Assembly: GCA_050251055.1 (NCBI GenBank)
Contig: JBFWNL010000009.1
Location: 64,001 to 128,000 of the forward strand
Source: Bacteriovoracia bacterium
Lineage (GTDB): Bacteria; Bdellovibrionota; UBA1018; JBFWNL01
DNA length: 64,000 bases
Direction: 5' to 3'
Shown here piece by piece: positions 1 through 10,156 of this stretch. Numbering within the stretch: position 1 is the stretch's first letter; each line of letters starts with the position of its first letter. Below the pieces are notes generated by a model, which was not told where the DNA came from, ran no database searches, and saw only the letters and a list, made by a program, of their open reading frames with translations. Both the position numbers and the translations under genes were made by a program.

Positions 1-1
1 C

Positions 2-229
2 GCCGTCGCGCTGAACCGCGAAGTCTACAAGCAGGTCGCCGGACAAAGGAAGCTCGAAGAGCAATCCAAAGCCGTTTCTGATTTAGCCGACAAGGTCGCC
101 AAAACCACCTGCGTGGTTGGTCCCGACGCTGAAGACAAGGAACCGGCGTTGACCGTCTTACTGGAGGTCACTCAGAAGAATTCAGAGTTCTACCAAGCCA
201 TCAAAGCCGCTTCGAAAACCAAGCTTTGA
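2..229 (+). CDS. 3' part of a hypothetical protein (truncated by window start)
   Basis: Frame 2 is open from base 2 (AVALNREVYKQ...) to TGA 227-229, followed by a hairpin. Confidence 0.6.
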   Translation, partial: AVALNREVYKQVAGQRKLEEQSKAVSDLADKVAKTTCVVGPDAEDKEPALTVLLEVTQKNSEFYQAIKAASKTKL

Positions 230-244
230 TCGCAAGTGACGTGG

Positions 245-285
245 AGCGGGAAGCGCGAACGTTAGCTACGGACACGCTTCCCGCT
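245..285 (+). terminator. Stem-loop after the first ORF, possible terminator
   Basis: AGCGGGAAGCG (245-255) / CGCTTCCCGCT (275-285), perfect 11-bp inverted repeat; weak U tract. Confidence 0.4.
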
Positions 286-319
286 TGACGCCCCGGCCTT
301 TCGGGGCAAGATTGGGCGC

Positions 320-1114
320 ATGACCGTCCCCGCCCCAGAAAACCTCGCCCATCTGGCCGCCGCGCTCTACCGCGCCCGGCGCGAACGCAAACCCTGTCCG
401 CCGCTCACGCAAACGGCGCCCGGCCTCACGTTAGCCGATGCGTACCGGATTTCAGAAATCAATCACTTCGAACGCCTCAAAGAGCCCGGCGTGAAGCCCG
501 TCGGCAAAAAAATTGGTCTGACTTCGAAGGCGGTGCAAAAACAACTCAGCGTTTACGAGCCCGACTACGGATACCTTACGAGCGATATGCTCGTCATGGA
601 CGGCGCCACCGCCCCAATCGGTGAACTCATCCAACCGCGCGCCGAAGGCGAAGTCGCGTTCGTGCTCAAAACCGATCTCATCGGCCCCGGGATCACGTCG
701 CAGCAGGTAGCCGCCGCCATCGATCACGCGGTCGTGTGCATCGAAATCATCGATTCACGCGTCGCCGACTGGAAGATCAAGATCCAGGACACCATCGCCG
801 ATAACGCCTCTTCGGCGATGTTCGTACTGGGTGCGCGGAAGATACCGGTGAAAGACATCGATCTGCGCCTGGCCGGGATGACCCTTTGGAAGAACGGCGA
901 GGTCGAATCCAGTGGCTGCGGCGCTGCTTGCCTAAACCACCCGTTCAATGCGGTGGCGTGGCTCGCCAACGCCATGGCCAAGCACGCGGTCCCGCTACGC
1001 GCGGGCGACATCTTGCTCTCGGGCGCCTATGGACCCGTCGTGCCCGTCAAAGCCGGGGATCAGGTCGAAGTGGAAATCAAGGGTCTGGGGAGAGTTTCAT
1101 GTCGGTTTCAATGA
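320..1114 (+). CDS. mhpD: 2-keto-4-pentenoate hydratase (FAH superfamily)
   Basis: Motifs GKKIGLTSKAVQKQL, EPDYG, PRAEGE, EIIDSR, DTIADNAS. Confidence 0.85.
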   Translation: MTVPAPENLAHLAAALYRARRERKPCPPLTQTAPGLTLADAYRISEINHFERLKEPGVKPVGKKIGLTSKAVQKQLSVYEPDYGYLTSDMLVMDGATAPIGELIQPRAEGEVAFVLKTDLIGPGITSQQVAAAIDHAVVCIEIIDSRVADWKIKIQDTIADNASSAMFVLGARKIPVKDIDLRLAGMTLWKNGEVESSGCGAACLNHPFNAVAWLANAMAKHAVPLRAGDILLSGAYGPVVPVKAGDQVEVEIKGLGRVSCRFQ

Positions 1115-1899
1115 ATTTAGACGGGCTGGCCGAGCGCCTGGACCAGGCGTACGTGCAGAATCGCGATCTGCCTCGCCTCACGCTGGAACATCCCGCGCTC
1201 ACGGTCGACGACGGCTACGCGATCCAAAAGAAAGTCGTGCAATACCGCCTGAATCGCGGCGACGTGACCTTCGGCATGAAGATGGGCCTTACTTCCAAGG
1301 CCAAGATGAGTCAGATGGGCGTGCAGTTTCCGATCGTGGGCGTGCTGACCGACCGCATGCGCGTGCTCCCCGGCGATGGCCTGGAGTTCAAGAAACTGAT
1401 TCACCCCCGCGTGGAGCCGGAGGTGGCGTTCGTGCTTAAACTGCCGATCCGGCGTGCGCTTTCCAGGGCCGAAGCCTTCGCCCACTGCGCCTACGTCTGC
1501 GCGGCGATCGAGATCATCGATTCGCGTTACCTGAATTTCGATTTCCGCCTACCGGATGTGCTGGCGGACAACTGCTCGGCCGCGCACTTCGTGCTCGGGC
1601 CCCTGGTGGCCCCCGAGGCCCTCAACGACGGCACGCCTGAGTTTGGCTTGGGAAATCTGGGCATGATCCTGCAGATCGACGGGGAAGGCGTGCAGTTCGG
1701 ATCTTCGAACGCGATCATGGGCCACCCGCTGGAGTCGCTCGTCGAACTTTCCCGCATGTGCGAGGCACGCGGGATCGAAGTGCCCGCCGGCCAAGTGATC
1801 CTGGCGGGATCTTCCACCGCGGCCGTCGCCGTGGAGCGCGGCAGCCGCGTCGAGGTCGAGGTTCAAAAGCTCGGCCGCGTCGCCGTGGATTTCCGCTAA
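1111..1899 (+). CDS. dmpH: 4-oxalocrotonate decarboxylase-like FAH-family protein
   Basis: KMGLTSKAKMSQMGV, LIHPRVEPE, EIIDSRY, ADNCS; start moved to ATG 1111 (ATGA overlap with the upstream stop). Confidence 0.75.
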   Translation: MNLDGLAERLDQAYVQNRDLPRLTLEHPALTVDDGYAIQKKVVQYRLNRGDVTFGMKMGLTSKAKMSQMGVQFPIVGVLTDRMRVLPGDGLEFKKLIHPRVEPEVAFVLKLPIRRALSRAEAFAHCAYVCAAIEIIDSRYLNFDFRLPDVLADNCSAAHFVLGPLVAPEALNDGTPEFGLGNLGMILQIDGEGVQFGSSNAIMGHPLESLVELSRMCEARGIEVPAGQVILAGSSTAAVAVERGSRVEVEVQKLGRVAVDFR

Positions 1900-1909
1900 T
1901 CCAAATCGC

Positions 1910-3247
1910 TTAGTTAAAATCCCGTCCCAGCTTTTCCAGCCGGCGGCGGTAGCTGAAATGCTCCACCTCGTGGATGTGGCGTGAACTCGAAAGGTACCGG
2001 ATCCCACGACCGAGTTCGAGGGCATGCTCCCCGCCCTGAACGCGCTTGGCGCGCGCGAACTTCTTGGCGTGGGCAGCGGCCGGGGGCACGATACTGGCTC
2101 CTTGAGCTTCTCGTCGAGCCTTCGCATAGCGCACGTACGCCTGGGCTTGGCAGTCGAGCAAACCCCAAACCCCGCTATCCGGCTGGATGAGCCCGATGAT
2201 CGCCAGGTCATCGTACTCGGGGTGGAAAACGTGGAGGTGAAAGCGCGGAAAGCCCTCCCGCCGGTTCAACAACTCGTCCGACAAATAGGGAACCGTGACG
2301 TGATATCCGGTGGCATACACGACGAGGTCGATTTCTTCCCGGGTGCCGTCTTGAAAAACCACGGTCCGGCCGGCAAACTCGCGCACGTTAGGCTTGGCGT
2401 GCAGATCCCCGTGGCCGAGATAGTAGAAAATCTGGGAATTAATGATGGGGTGGCTTTCGAAGAGTCGGTGATCCGGCTTGGGGAGGCCGAACTTTTGCGG
2501 GTCTCCCTGCACCATTTTCAAGAGTATATTATTAAAAAAACGGCGAACCACCAGCGGCACGCGCAGCCGAAGCGAGATCTCGCCCAACTGATCGGCGGGC
2601 ACGCCAAAGGCGTACTTCGGAATATAGTGATACCCCCGCCGCACGCTGTGGAAGGCCGCGGTTGCGTGCTGGGCGGCCTCGACCGCGATATCGCAACCGG
2701 AATTGCCCGCCCCGATCACCAGCACGCGCTTTCCGCGCAGGAGATCCGGAGTTTTATACTGGGCCGAGTGCAGACTTTCCCCTGCGAACGACCCAGGATA
2801 GTTTGGGAGTTTTGGGTCCCAGTTGAAACCGCTCGCGACGATTAACCCTGAGTAACGACTTTCGCGAGTTTCGCCGGTGGCGAGATCGCGCGTGACCACC
2901 CGCCAGTCCCAGGCGGCTTCACGATGAGCGCTCGCCACTTCGGTTCGAAAGCGGATCTTCGAGCCCAGACGATTTTTGTCGGCGTAAGCCCGTAGATAGG
3001 CGAGCGCCTGCCGATGATTGGGATAATCCGGATACTCTTTGGGCATAGGAAAATCCGTGTACTCGGTCAGGGGCTTTGACGAGATCATGTGCACGGACTG
3101 ATAGACCGTGCTGCGGGTATTACCGATGTTCCAAACGCCGCCGAGATCGGACTCACGCTCGAAAATATCGCAATCCCAGCCATGCTCGAGTAGATTTTTC
3201 GCCGCGGCCAGGCCCGAAGGGCCGGCGCCGACCACGCAATACTTCAT
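1910..3247 (-). CDS. Flavin-containing monooxygenase
   Basis: GAGPSG FAD motif, FxGxxxHSxxYK fingerprint (FAGESLHSAQYK), GAGNSG NADPH motif, ATGY. Confidence 0.9.
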   Translation of the reverse strand: MKYCVVGAGPSGLAAAKNLLEHGWDCDIFERESDLGGVWNIGNTRSTVYQSVHMISSKPLTEYTDFPMPKEYPDYPNHRQALAYLRAYADKNRLGSKIRFRTEVASAHREAAWDWRVVTRDLATGETRESRYSGLIVASGFNWDPKLPNYPGSFAGESLHSAQYKTPDLLRGKRVLVIGAGNSGCDIAVEAAQHATAAFHSVRRGYHYIPKYAFGVPADQLGEISLRLRVPLVVRRFFNNILLKMVQGDPQKFGLPKPDHRLFESHPIINSQIFYYLGHGDLHAKPNVREFAGRTVVFQDGTREEIDLVVYATGYHVTVPYLSDELLNRREGFPRFHLHVFHPEYDDLAIIGLIQPDSGVWGLLDCQAQAYVRYAKARREAQGASIVPPAAAHAKKFARAKRVQGGEHALELGRGIRYLSSSRHIHEVEHFSYRRRLEKLGRDFN

Positions 3248-3277
3248 TCGTCCCCGGTTTTAGGCTAGCATGGGCCA

Positions 3278-3892
3278 ATGGCCAAGGAGATTTTCATATT
3301 CCGGCATGGCGAAACGGATTGGAACCGCGAAGAGCGATTCCAAGGACATACGGATATACCCCTGAATGACACCGGAAGGGCGCAGGCGCTACGGCTGATC
3401 GGACCCCTGCGGCAACGGGGAATCGAAGCCATCTTGAGTAGTGACCTGAGCCGCGCCCGAGAAACTGCGGAAATCGTTGCCCAGGCTTTGGGGATCCCCG
3501 TACATGTTCATGCCGGATTACGGGAAGCCCACCTAGGCGTCGCCCAAGGGTTGACTCGCCAGGAAATCGAACGCCAGCTGGGCCGGGAAATCGCCGACCG
3601 TTGGCGCTCCAACCAAGTCACCGACGCCGACGTCAGCTACCCCGGCGGCGAAGCGGCGGCCGTCGTGCTCTCCCGCTCACGGGACGCGATCCGGGAGTTT
3701 GCGCGCACCCACCCCTGCCAGCGGTTTGGCGTCGCGAGCCATGGCGGGGTCATTCGGCGACTCATGCATTCGTTGCTGAATGCCCCCGGTGCCCACGTTC
3801 CCATTCCCAACGGAATCCTCTATCCGCTCTATTGGCATTCCAATGCCGATCAGCTGACGCCGGCGCCCTACACCAGCTGGCGACGCCCCTGA
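3278..3892 (+). CDS. Histidine phosphatase / phosphoglycerate mutase family protein
   Basis: RHGETDWN, SSDLSRARETA, SHGG motifs. Confidence 0.9.
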   Translation: MAKEIFIFRHGETDWNREERFQGHTDIPLNDTGRAQALRLIGPLRQRGIEAILSSDLSRARETAEIVAQALGIPVHVHAGLREAHLGVAQGLTRQEIERQLGREIADRWRSNQVTDADVSYPGGEAAAVVLSRSRDAIREFARTHPCQRFGVASHGGVIRRLMHSLLNAPGAHVPIPNGILYPLYWHSNADQLTPAPYTSWRRP

Positions 3893-3914
3893 AACCCGTA
3901 AAGATAGGTAGATT

Positions 3915-6110
3915 TTAGCGAGACTCGGCGGCGCCGATCCCGATGGTCACCCAGCCCGCGACGGGGTACGATTGTCCATGATAACTCACGGTCGCGCTGC
4001 CCGCGTTCACGGTCGCCGCCAAGTTCCCCGAAGCATCGGCGCTGAACTCAACCATCTCCCCCCCAAATCCGCCGGGCAGGCTAATTGAGTCGGCTCGCAC
4101 CACTTCGCCCGTATCGGGGTTCAAGAATACAAAGTAAACGTCACCGCCCGCATTCGACTCGTCAAAATCGACCGAAGCGATGGTCGAGGTAGGATTGCGG
4201 ATCGACATGTCACCTTGAAAAGTGCTCCCTACGAATAGGCGGCCGTCTCCCGTCCATTTCAGGGTGGGAACATTTCCTCCCTGATCCGTAAACACCCGAC
4301 TGAACACCACCGCGCCGTTCCCATTAAAGCGAACCAAGCCCAGCTCACCGGTTGCGCCCGCCGCCCAGCCTCCCACTACGCCAGCGAGCGCCGTTTCGTC
4401 GAAGATCTGGACATTGCCGAAGCCGGTTGTCGTGACGTATACCCCGCCTTCCCCATCGAGAAGCAAATTGTAGTTATAGTTAGCACCCGTGGTACCCAAA
4501 GAGCGTGCGAAAGTGAGCGCACCCGCCGGTGAAATTTTTGCCAAGAACACGTCGTAGTTTCCTATGTGATTCAAGTTGCCGACGGTGACGCCAGCCGTGT
4601 TCTTGATCGTTCCGGCCGCGCTAAAGATACCTCCCGCGTATGCATTTCCTTCGCTGTCGACCTTGACGTTTTGGCAACCGTCCAAACCAGCGCTCGCAAA
4701 ACCCACCTGGTAGCCGATGGCTCCGACCGCAGTCAGCTTTAGCAAGTACCCGTCCGAAAATCCCGCCGAGGCCGCGAAAGTATAAAGCGAGGCTCCGCTC
4801 ACGCCATCGACAATTGAGGGTGTGCCCGTGCGGGCGCCACAGTAGTAAGCGTTTCCGGCCGAGTCGAGGGCCATACTACTGACCGGCGTCGATATGTCGG
4901 TGTTGATGTTTCGCGCCCACTGCAAAGTTCCGTGAGCGTCGACCTTCAGGATCGTGGTTTCCGCGCCAAGGCCTTGGGATACCAGCGTCTCGACTAACCC
5001 CCCGTCATCGCTGATCGTTGGTGGTCCAGTATGACGTAGCGTGAGCCAAAAATTTCCGGAAGCGTCTATCTTGTAGTTCGCGATGTCGTCATGTCCGCCC
5101 GACTGAAACGCGCGCGAGTAAGTCAGGTCTCCATCCGCATTGAACCTGGCCCAATAGAAGTCGTTGTTGGCCGTTTGAGGAATCGTCGAGATCTCGACAT
5201 GATTGCCGCTCGCGTCTATGGCTAGGAGCGAGAGGGCTCCCGCACCCGCCGCTCCCAGAAAGACCTCGCCTTCTGGTCCCACCTCAAAATAAGGACCAAC
5301 TATACTACCGCCGGTATCCATGACCCGAGCCAAGAGAAATTCTCCGGCGGAAGAAAACTTCAGGAGGACAATCCCCGCTCCGGAGTTCGGAATAACCGTT
5401 ACCACCGGGGCGGACGGCGCCGTGGGGTCGAAAACCTCAAAACGGGCCTGGGTGTAACCGACTACCCACACGTCTCCCGACGACGTCGGTTGAATGAATA
5501 GGATATCTTGGCTGTCTCCCCCGTGCAGGCCGCGCACCCAAAGCAGATTTCCGAATCGATCGTACTTCGCCAGTGCCGTATCCGAGGTATTACCGGTATC
5601 CGCGTTCGCAATCGTCGAAATGGTCCCCGAAGCAACAGAAAATTGTAAATCGCTCGACCAGTACTTGAAGGCCTGAAACACATTTCCCTCGTGGTCAGTG
5701 ACCGACTTCAAGTTGGATTCTTCGGGCACGCCCGCCACCGATCGCACCCAATCCGGGCGTGTGCCCTGCACATCGACCGTGGCCGATGCTTCCGCCGTCT
5801 GCCCACCCGCGGCGGTGACGATCACCCGATACGAACCGTGGTCGCTAAACCGGGCCTTGGTCACCGTGTATTGGCTAGAATTGGCGCCAGCGATCGCTTG
5901 GCCGTCCAGATACCACTGATAGGTTAAATTCTTTCCGAGAGCCTCCACGGACAATGACACTTCGTCGAGATACTCTCGCACCGTCGCATCCGTCGGCGCC
6001 GTCACGATCACGGGAGTGCTGGAAGCAGCCGGATTAAAAAGCGCCGTGCGCAAGCAACCGGTCAGCGAGACCGCCATCCCGAAAATAAGGATGATGCGTC
6101 GATAAAACAC
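3915..6110 (-). CDS. Lipoprotein with an Ig-like domain and beta-propeller (SBBP-like) repeats
   Basis: Lipobox LTGC; YQWY...GSYRV Ig signature; repeated DxxGNxY and KxDxxGxLxW blades. Confidence 0.7.
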   Translation of the reverse strand: MFYRRIILIFGMAVSLTGCLRTALFNPAASSTPVIVTAPTDATVREYLDEVSLSVEALGKNLTYQWYLDGQAIAGANSSQYTVTKARFSDHGSYRVIVTAAGGQTAEASATVDVQGTRPDWVRSVAGVPEESNLKSVTDHEGNVFQAFKYWSSDLQFSVASGTISTIANADTGNTSDTALAKYDRFGNLLWVRGLHGGDSQDILFIQPTSSGDVWVVGYTQARFEVFDPTAPSAPVVTVIPNSGAGIVLLKFSSAGEFLLARVMDTGGSIVGPYFEVGPEGEVFLGAAGAGALSLLAIDASGNHVEISTIPQTANNDFYWARFNADGDLTYSRAFQSGGHDDIANYKIDASGNFWLTLRHTGPPTISDDGGLVETLVSQGLGAETTILKVDAHGTLQWARNINTDISTPVSSMALDSAGNAYYCGARTGTPSIVDGVSGASLYTFAASAGFSDGYLLKLTAVGAIGYQVGFASAGLDGCQNVKVDSEGNAYAGGIFSAAGTIKNTAGVTVGNLNHIGNYDVFLAKISPAGALTFARSLGTTGANYNYNLLLDGEGGVYVTTTGFGNVQIFDETALAGVVGGWAAGATGELGLVRFNGNGAVVFSRVFTDQGGNVPTLKWTGDGRLFVGSTFQGDMSIRNPTSTIASVDFDESNAGGDVYFVFLNPDTGEVVRADSISLPGGFGGEMVEFSADASGNLAATVNAGSATVSYHGQSYPVAGWVTIGIGAAESR

Positions 6111-6367
6111 GAGAATTCAAAACCTCCACTTACGTTCCGCCGAGTCGAAATTAACTGTAACTTAAGGATATCACGCCGCTAACCCCTTTCGGAATGTGTC
6201 ACCAGGACCCCAGTCCTGCTGCCAAAGTATGAATTCCATTCAGATAAATAGGCCACCCCGCGTAGGCTCAGTAAACGCGGGTGCACTTAAAACCTAGCTT
6301 ACGCGCCGGGAGGGTCGCTCCCCTGATCGTTTTGCGGAATACTGGAACCAAGCCACAGGGGGGCACC

Positions 6368-6718
6368 ATGAAAAAAAATTTCAAACTTCGTTTCACTACT
6401 TACACGCTTGCTCTGATTGTCATCGCCGCCGGACTAACGCCCAACGCGGACGCCACCGTCCGTCAATGCAAGTGCGCTTGCAAAGGCGAACACGGACGAG
6501 CCACCTACCTGATTGACGTCCCGGACGACGCCAACGCCGTGAAGGTCTGTCAAAACCTAGTTGCGCGCACCTGCAAACTCGACCTCACGGATGAAATCGG
6601 CACCTTTACTAGCTGCAGCGTGATCTCCGCCGCGCGCGAGATTTTTGAAGGTGATTTGGGAATTGAATCGTCAATCGACGCTTCCGCCGCCGATTTTGAG
6701 GCTTACGAAAAAAATTGA
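6368..6718 (+). CDS. Small secreted Cys-rich hypothetical protein
   Basis: ATG 6368 after a G-rich RBS; signal peptide; CKCAC plus 3 more Cys; followed by a terminator. Confidence 0.6.
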   Translation: MKKNFKLRFTTYTLALIVIAAGLTPNADATVRQCKCACKGEHGRATYLIDVPDDANAVKVCQNLVARTCKLDLTDEIGTFTSCSVISAAREIFEGDLGIESSIDASAADFEAYEKN

Positions 6719-6728
6719 TTTGGTCCCC

Positions 6729-6765
6729 GCGGGCGCGCTCGGCCCCGACGCGCCCGCATTTTTTT
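6729..6765 (+). terminator. Intrinsic terminator
   Basis: GCGGGCGCG/CGCGCCCGC stem followed by ATTTTTTT between convergent genes. Confidence 0.7.
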
Positions 6766-7438
6766 AAATACCGGCAAAGCTCGTTTGGCCGGAGATTTTT
6801 TCCTTAATAAACAGAAACGACTTGCGGTGAATGGGCAGAACGCCCCGTTCATTCACGGCAAGTTTATGCTTCGGCGTCGGATAACCCTTGTGCTTGGCGA
6901 GGCCATAGCCCGGATAAATCCCATCGAACTCCGTCATCAGCCGATCGCGCCAGACTTTCGCCAAGATTGAAGCGCAAGCAATACTGAGCGACTTCGCGTC
7001 GCCCTTTACGATCGCCGTGCAACGCCCGTGGAGTTGCTTCGGCGGCGCATTGCCGTCGACGAGCACATGCTCCGGCTGTACTGACATCGTCTGTACCGCG
7101 CGGAACATTGCGAGTCTCGCGGCGTGGTAGATATTGATCTGGTCGATTTCTTCCACGCTGGCCATCGCGATCGCGTGGGAACGCACCCAGCCTTGAATCA
7201 AGGGCGCTAGTTCCTCGCGCTTTTCCTCACTGAGTTGCTTGCTATCGGTGACTTCGCGTAGCCAAGGATGAGCATCGTAGTCCACCGTGGAGGGCAGAAC
7301 CACCGCGCCGGCCACGACCGGGCCCGCAATGCACCCCAAGCCCACTTCGTCCACGCCCGCGACAATGCGCGAGGGAAAGCCCGCCGCCTGCTCGTAAGCG
7401 AGCGTCGGTCCTTCCCCCTCTGGAGCCTTTTTCATCAT
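6764..7438 (-). CDS. rnhB: Ribonuclease HII
   Basis: GVDEVGLGCIAGPV, DSKQL, VDGN, KGD, ASILAKV, KHKGYPT; downstream of rplS. Confidence 0.95.
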   Translation of the reverse strand: MMKKAPEGEGPTLAYEQAAGFPSRIVAGVDEVGLGCIAGPVVAGAVVLPSTVDYDAHPWLREVTDSKQLSEEKREELAPLIQGWVRSHAIAMASVEEIDQINIYHAARLAMFRAVQTMSVQPEHVLVDGNAPPKQLHGRCTAIVKGDAKSLSIACASILAKVWRDRLMTEFDGIYPGYGLAKHKGYPTPKHKLAVNERGVLPIHRKSFLFIKEKISGQTSFAGI

Positions 7439-7462
7439 CTAAAAAGAGTTGAATGGTTAAAC

Positions 7463-7936
7463 TTAGGCCTTGGCCGAAGCTTTAGCGGCGGCCGCAGCCT
7501 TGGCCTTCGCCGTGGCGGCGCCCGCTTCAGCTTCCGTCTCTTCGCGGTCGATCTTCGCAGCCTTGCCTTCGAGCCCACGGAGGTAATAGAGCTTCGCGCG
7601 GCGAACCTTACCGGCTTGCACGACGTCCACGCTGGCTACGGTCGGCGAGTGATCCATGAACACGCGCTCGACGCCCACGCCGTGGGACATCTTGCGGACG
7701 GTGAAGGACTTATAGCCCGCGTTGCGACGGCCGATACAAACGCCTTCGTACGCTTGGATACGCTCTTTTTCGCCTTCTTTAATGCGGACGTTCACGCGGA
7801 CGGTGTCGCCCGGCTTAAAGGGGGCAAGCTTCTTTTCCACCGATTTCGTGACGGAATTCACGACATCCATGAGGCCCGGGCCACGGGCGTTGCGGGATTT
7901 AGCGGCTTTTTTTGCCTTAACGAGTTTCTGAGTCAT
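7463..7936 (-). CDS. rplS: 50S ribosomal protein L19
   Basis: [41 protein letters not shown]; start ATG 7936 after AGGAG. Confidence 0.95.
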   Translation of the reverse strand: MTQKLVKAKKAAKSRNARGPGLMDVVNSVTKSVEKKLAPFKPGDTVRVNVRIKEGEKERIQAYEGVCIGRRNAGYKSFTVRKMSHGVGVERVFMDHSPTVASVDVVQAGKVRRAKLYYLRGLEGKAAKIDREETEAEAGAATAKAKAAAAAKASAKA

Positions 7937-8020
7937 GTCTAACTCCTGGTAACGAGGTTTACTTACATTCCTGCTTAGCCAAAACCGCGCGTGAGCCAAA
8001 ACCAAAACGGCGCGCGGTGG

Positions 8021-8602
8021 TTACAGTCCGAACAGCCGATCGAGAATGCACGCGACGGCGGATCGAACGGAGAGGTGGTTATACCCCTCGGGCGAGTTGC
8101 CTTCCGGCCCGTATATCGGAGCTAAGATCCGATGCACCTCGGGATAGAAGACTTCCGAAACTCCCCAGCCCGTACCAAAAACCACTGCGGCGGGTTTGGT
8201 ACGATTGGGGTCCGCCAACTCTTTACGCATTTGCGCGTAGCTGACGTTGTTCGGAAACGCGCTGGCGTCGGTGAGAATCACTTCGGGATCCTCCCCGCAT
8301 TCAGCGCGAATGGCGGCTTTTACCTCGTCGAAATTGCGGACCAACCGGGCCAGGGAAACCGCCTCCACGCGGTCCGGATGGTATCGTTTCGATTCTTCCG
8401 ATCGCCAGTGACTCAGGATGCGACCGATCAGCTCGTGCTGATCGTCGATCGGCGTCACCAGAAAGTATCCGCGCGCGCCATAGGTGCGAGCGGTCCTTGA
8501 GATATCGTGCACGTCCATGTTGGTCACCGCAGTGGTCACCAACTCTCCCCGGCGATTTCGAATCGGGTAGTGGAGTAGTACGACGTAAACCGGAGCTTTC
8601 AC
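8021..8602 (-). CDS. SPOUT-type RNA methyltransferase (trmD-associated, DUF2168-like)
   Basis: LLHYP, TTAVTNMDVHDISR, FGTGWG, YNHLSVRSA motifs; location between trmD and rplS. Confidence 0.8.
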   Translation of the reverse strand: MKAPVYVVLLHYPIRNRRGELVTTAVTNMDVHDISRTARTYGARGYFLVTPIDDQHELIGRILSHWRSEESKRYHPDRVEAVSLARLVRNFDEVKAAIRAECGEDPEVILTDASAFPNNVSYAQMRKELADPNRTKPAAVVFGTGWGVSEVFYPEVHRILAPIYGPEGNSPEGYNHLSVRSAVACILDRLFGL

Positions 8603-8778
8603 AACGAATCGAAAGACTTAGCATTCATGGGGGGGTAGAGCAATGGCGTTAATCGTATTGAGAGCCTATTGTAAGCGATTGATATTATTAAATTTATATT
8701 AGCAGATTGGATCCAGTAAAGATTGACTAATTAAGTATGTTTTTATATACCCGCCCCGAGCCAAAAGGAACGTCCCGC

Positions 8779-10134
8779 ATGAACTCCACCTTCCCGCCCA
8801 TCCCAACGCTGATACTCGCCACCACGCTGGGCTTCGCCCCCGTGGTTTCGGCGCAGGCGTTCGAAATTTTCGCGGAGCCCTCCTCCCGCACTTTCGCGCT
8901 GGCACATTGCCGGCCAGGCCACCCCTCCGCAGAAAATCCGGCTTGCGTGCTCTTTAGAAAAGCGTGCCTGTCGGCCGGCTCCACCCGGGCCGCGGACGAC
9001 CTGGACCGCGAGATTTGCACGGCTATTGCCGTCAACGCCACCACGCCTACTTCCGAAGCCGACGCCAACATCGACTACGCGCAATCATTCTTAAATCGAT
9101 ACGTGGACTCCAAAGCTAAAGCCGGTGCGTCGGCCCTGGCCACGATCTCGGGAGTACCGAACGGGCAGCTCGCGGAACGCGCCGTCGCCGTAGATCCAAT
9201 TGGCATCGACCAAGCCATCGAAGGGTGGCGCAAACTTTGTCTCGGCGATGAAAACCCGGCCCTAGGGCTTTGGAGCCACTACGCGCGGGAAACCGCCGAT
9301 AACCTATCTCCGCAACTCTCATTCAAAGACTACGAGCGACTCCTCCAGGGTTTGTACGTGAAACTTCCCAAAGAAAAACCGGGATGGGAGCGTCACTGGG
9401 ATAACATCATCTACACGGATCCCAGCAGTCGGGAACGACTCGGGCAAATCATGCTAGACGCGGCGGCCCGAGAAAACCATGGCTACCTGCTGGCTCGGTA
9501 TCTGAAAAACCTGGAATCACGCCTTGCGGAGCTCACCGAAACGCATGCGGCTAAATTCTTGCGAGACTTGGCGGATGTTGAAGCACACTTGGAGAAAAAT
9601 CGCCCGGACCTGTGGCCCCACGGTCAACCGAGCGTAGCCTTCCTAATAATCCGGTACCGGGGAATCGCCGATGTGATCCAATCCCAAGGTCAAGCCATGC
9701 TCAAACTCTTCCCGAACGAAGATGATCGCAAGATCTTGGCGGCCGCACGCCAGATGGACGCCGCTCCGATCTCGGGCGAGCTGGTGCGGGATCGCGTGCG
9801 AATCAACCCAACGCTCTTTCGGCAGCTGGTTTTGAGCGCGACCGAATCACGGCCGCCCCGGGCGCAGTGGAGAGAAACTTTTTTAGCGCGGCAGCAAGTC
9901 ATCTACGCGAACGCCTACGTGGCACGTATGGAGGTACTGGCGCAGTCACCGGCAATGCCCGCGGGCGAGAAATACGAGGCCCTCGTGGAGCTCGACGCCG
10001 TGGCCAAGTTCTTCGACCTGACACGTCCTCAATCGGGCGATCGGGTACGGTGGTTCATTCCCTTTAATGACGCCGCCGCCATTCGACGGGTACTTTGCCA
10101 AGTGGCGGACTCCGCCACCGACGAAGAAAAATAG
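8779..10134 (+). CDS. Secreted hypothetical protein
   Basis: Long ORF with signal peptide (..VSAQA); no recognised domain. Confidence 0.6.
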   Translation: MNSTFPPIPTLILATTLGFAPVVSAQAFEIFAEPSSRTFALAHCRPGHPSAENPACVLFRKACLSAGSTRAADDLDREICTAIAVNATTPTSEADANIDYAQSFLNRYVDSKAKAGASALATISGVPNGQLAERAVAVDPIGIDQAIEGWRKLCLGDENPALGLWSHYARETADNLSPQLSFKDYERLLQGLYVKLPKEKPGWERHWDNIIYTDPSSRERLGQIMLDAAARENHGYLLARYLKNLESRLAELTETHAAKFLRDLADVEAHLEKNRPDLWPHGQPSVAFLIIRYRGIADVIQSQGQAMLKLFPNEDDRKILAAARQMDAAPISGELVRDRVRINPTLFRQLVLSATESRPPRAQWRETFLARQQVIYANAYVARMEVLAQSPAMPAGEKYEALVELDAVAKFFDLTRPQSGDRVRWFIPFNDAAAIRRVLCQVADSATDEEK

Positions 10135-10156
10135 CGCAAAAATTTCCTCAGGAAGC

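Noticed and set aside
886-1110. Upstream extension of the decarboxylase ORF
   Set aside because: Overlaps mhpD by 229 nt; family similarity begins at ATG 1111
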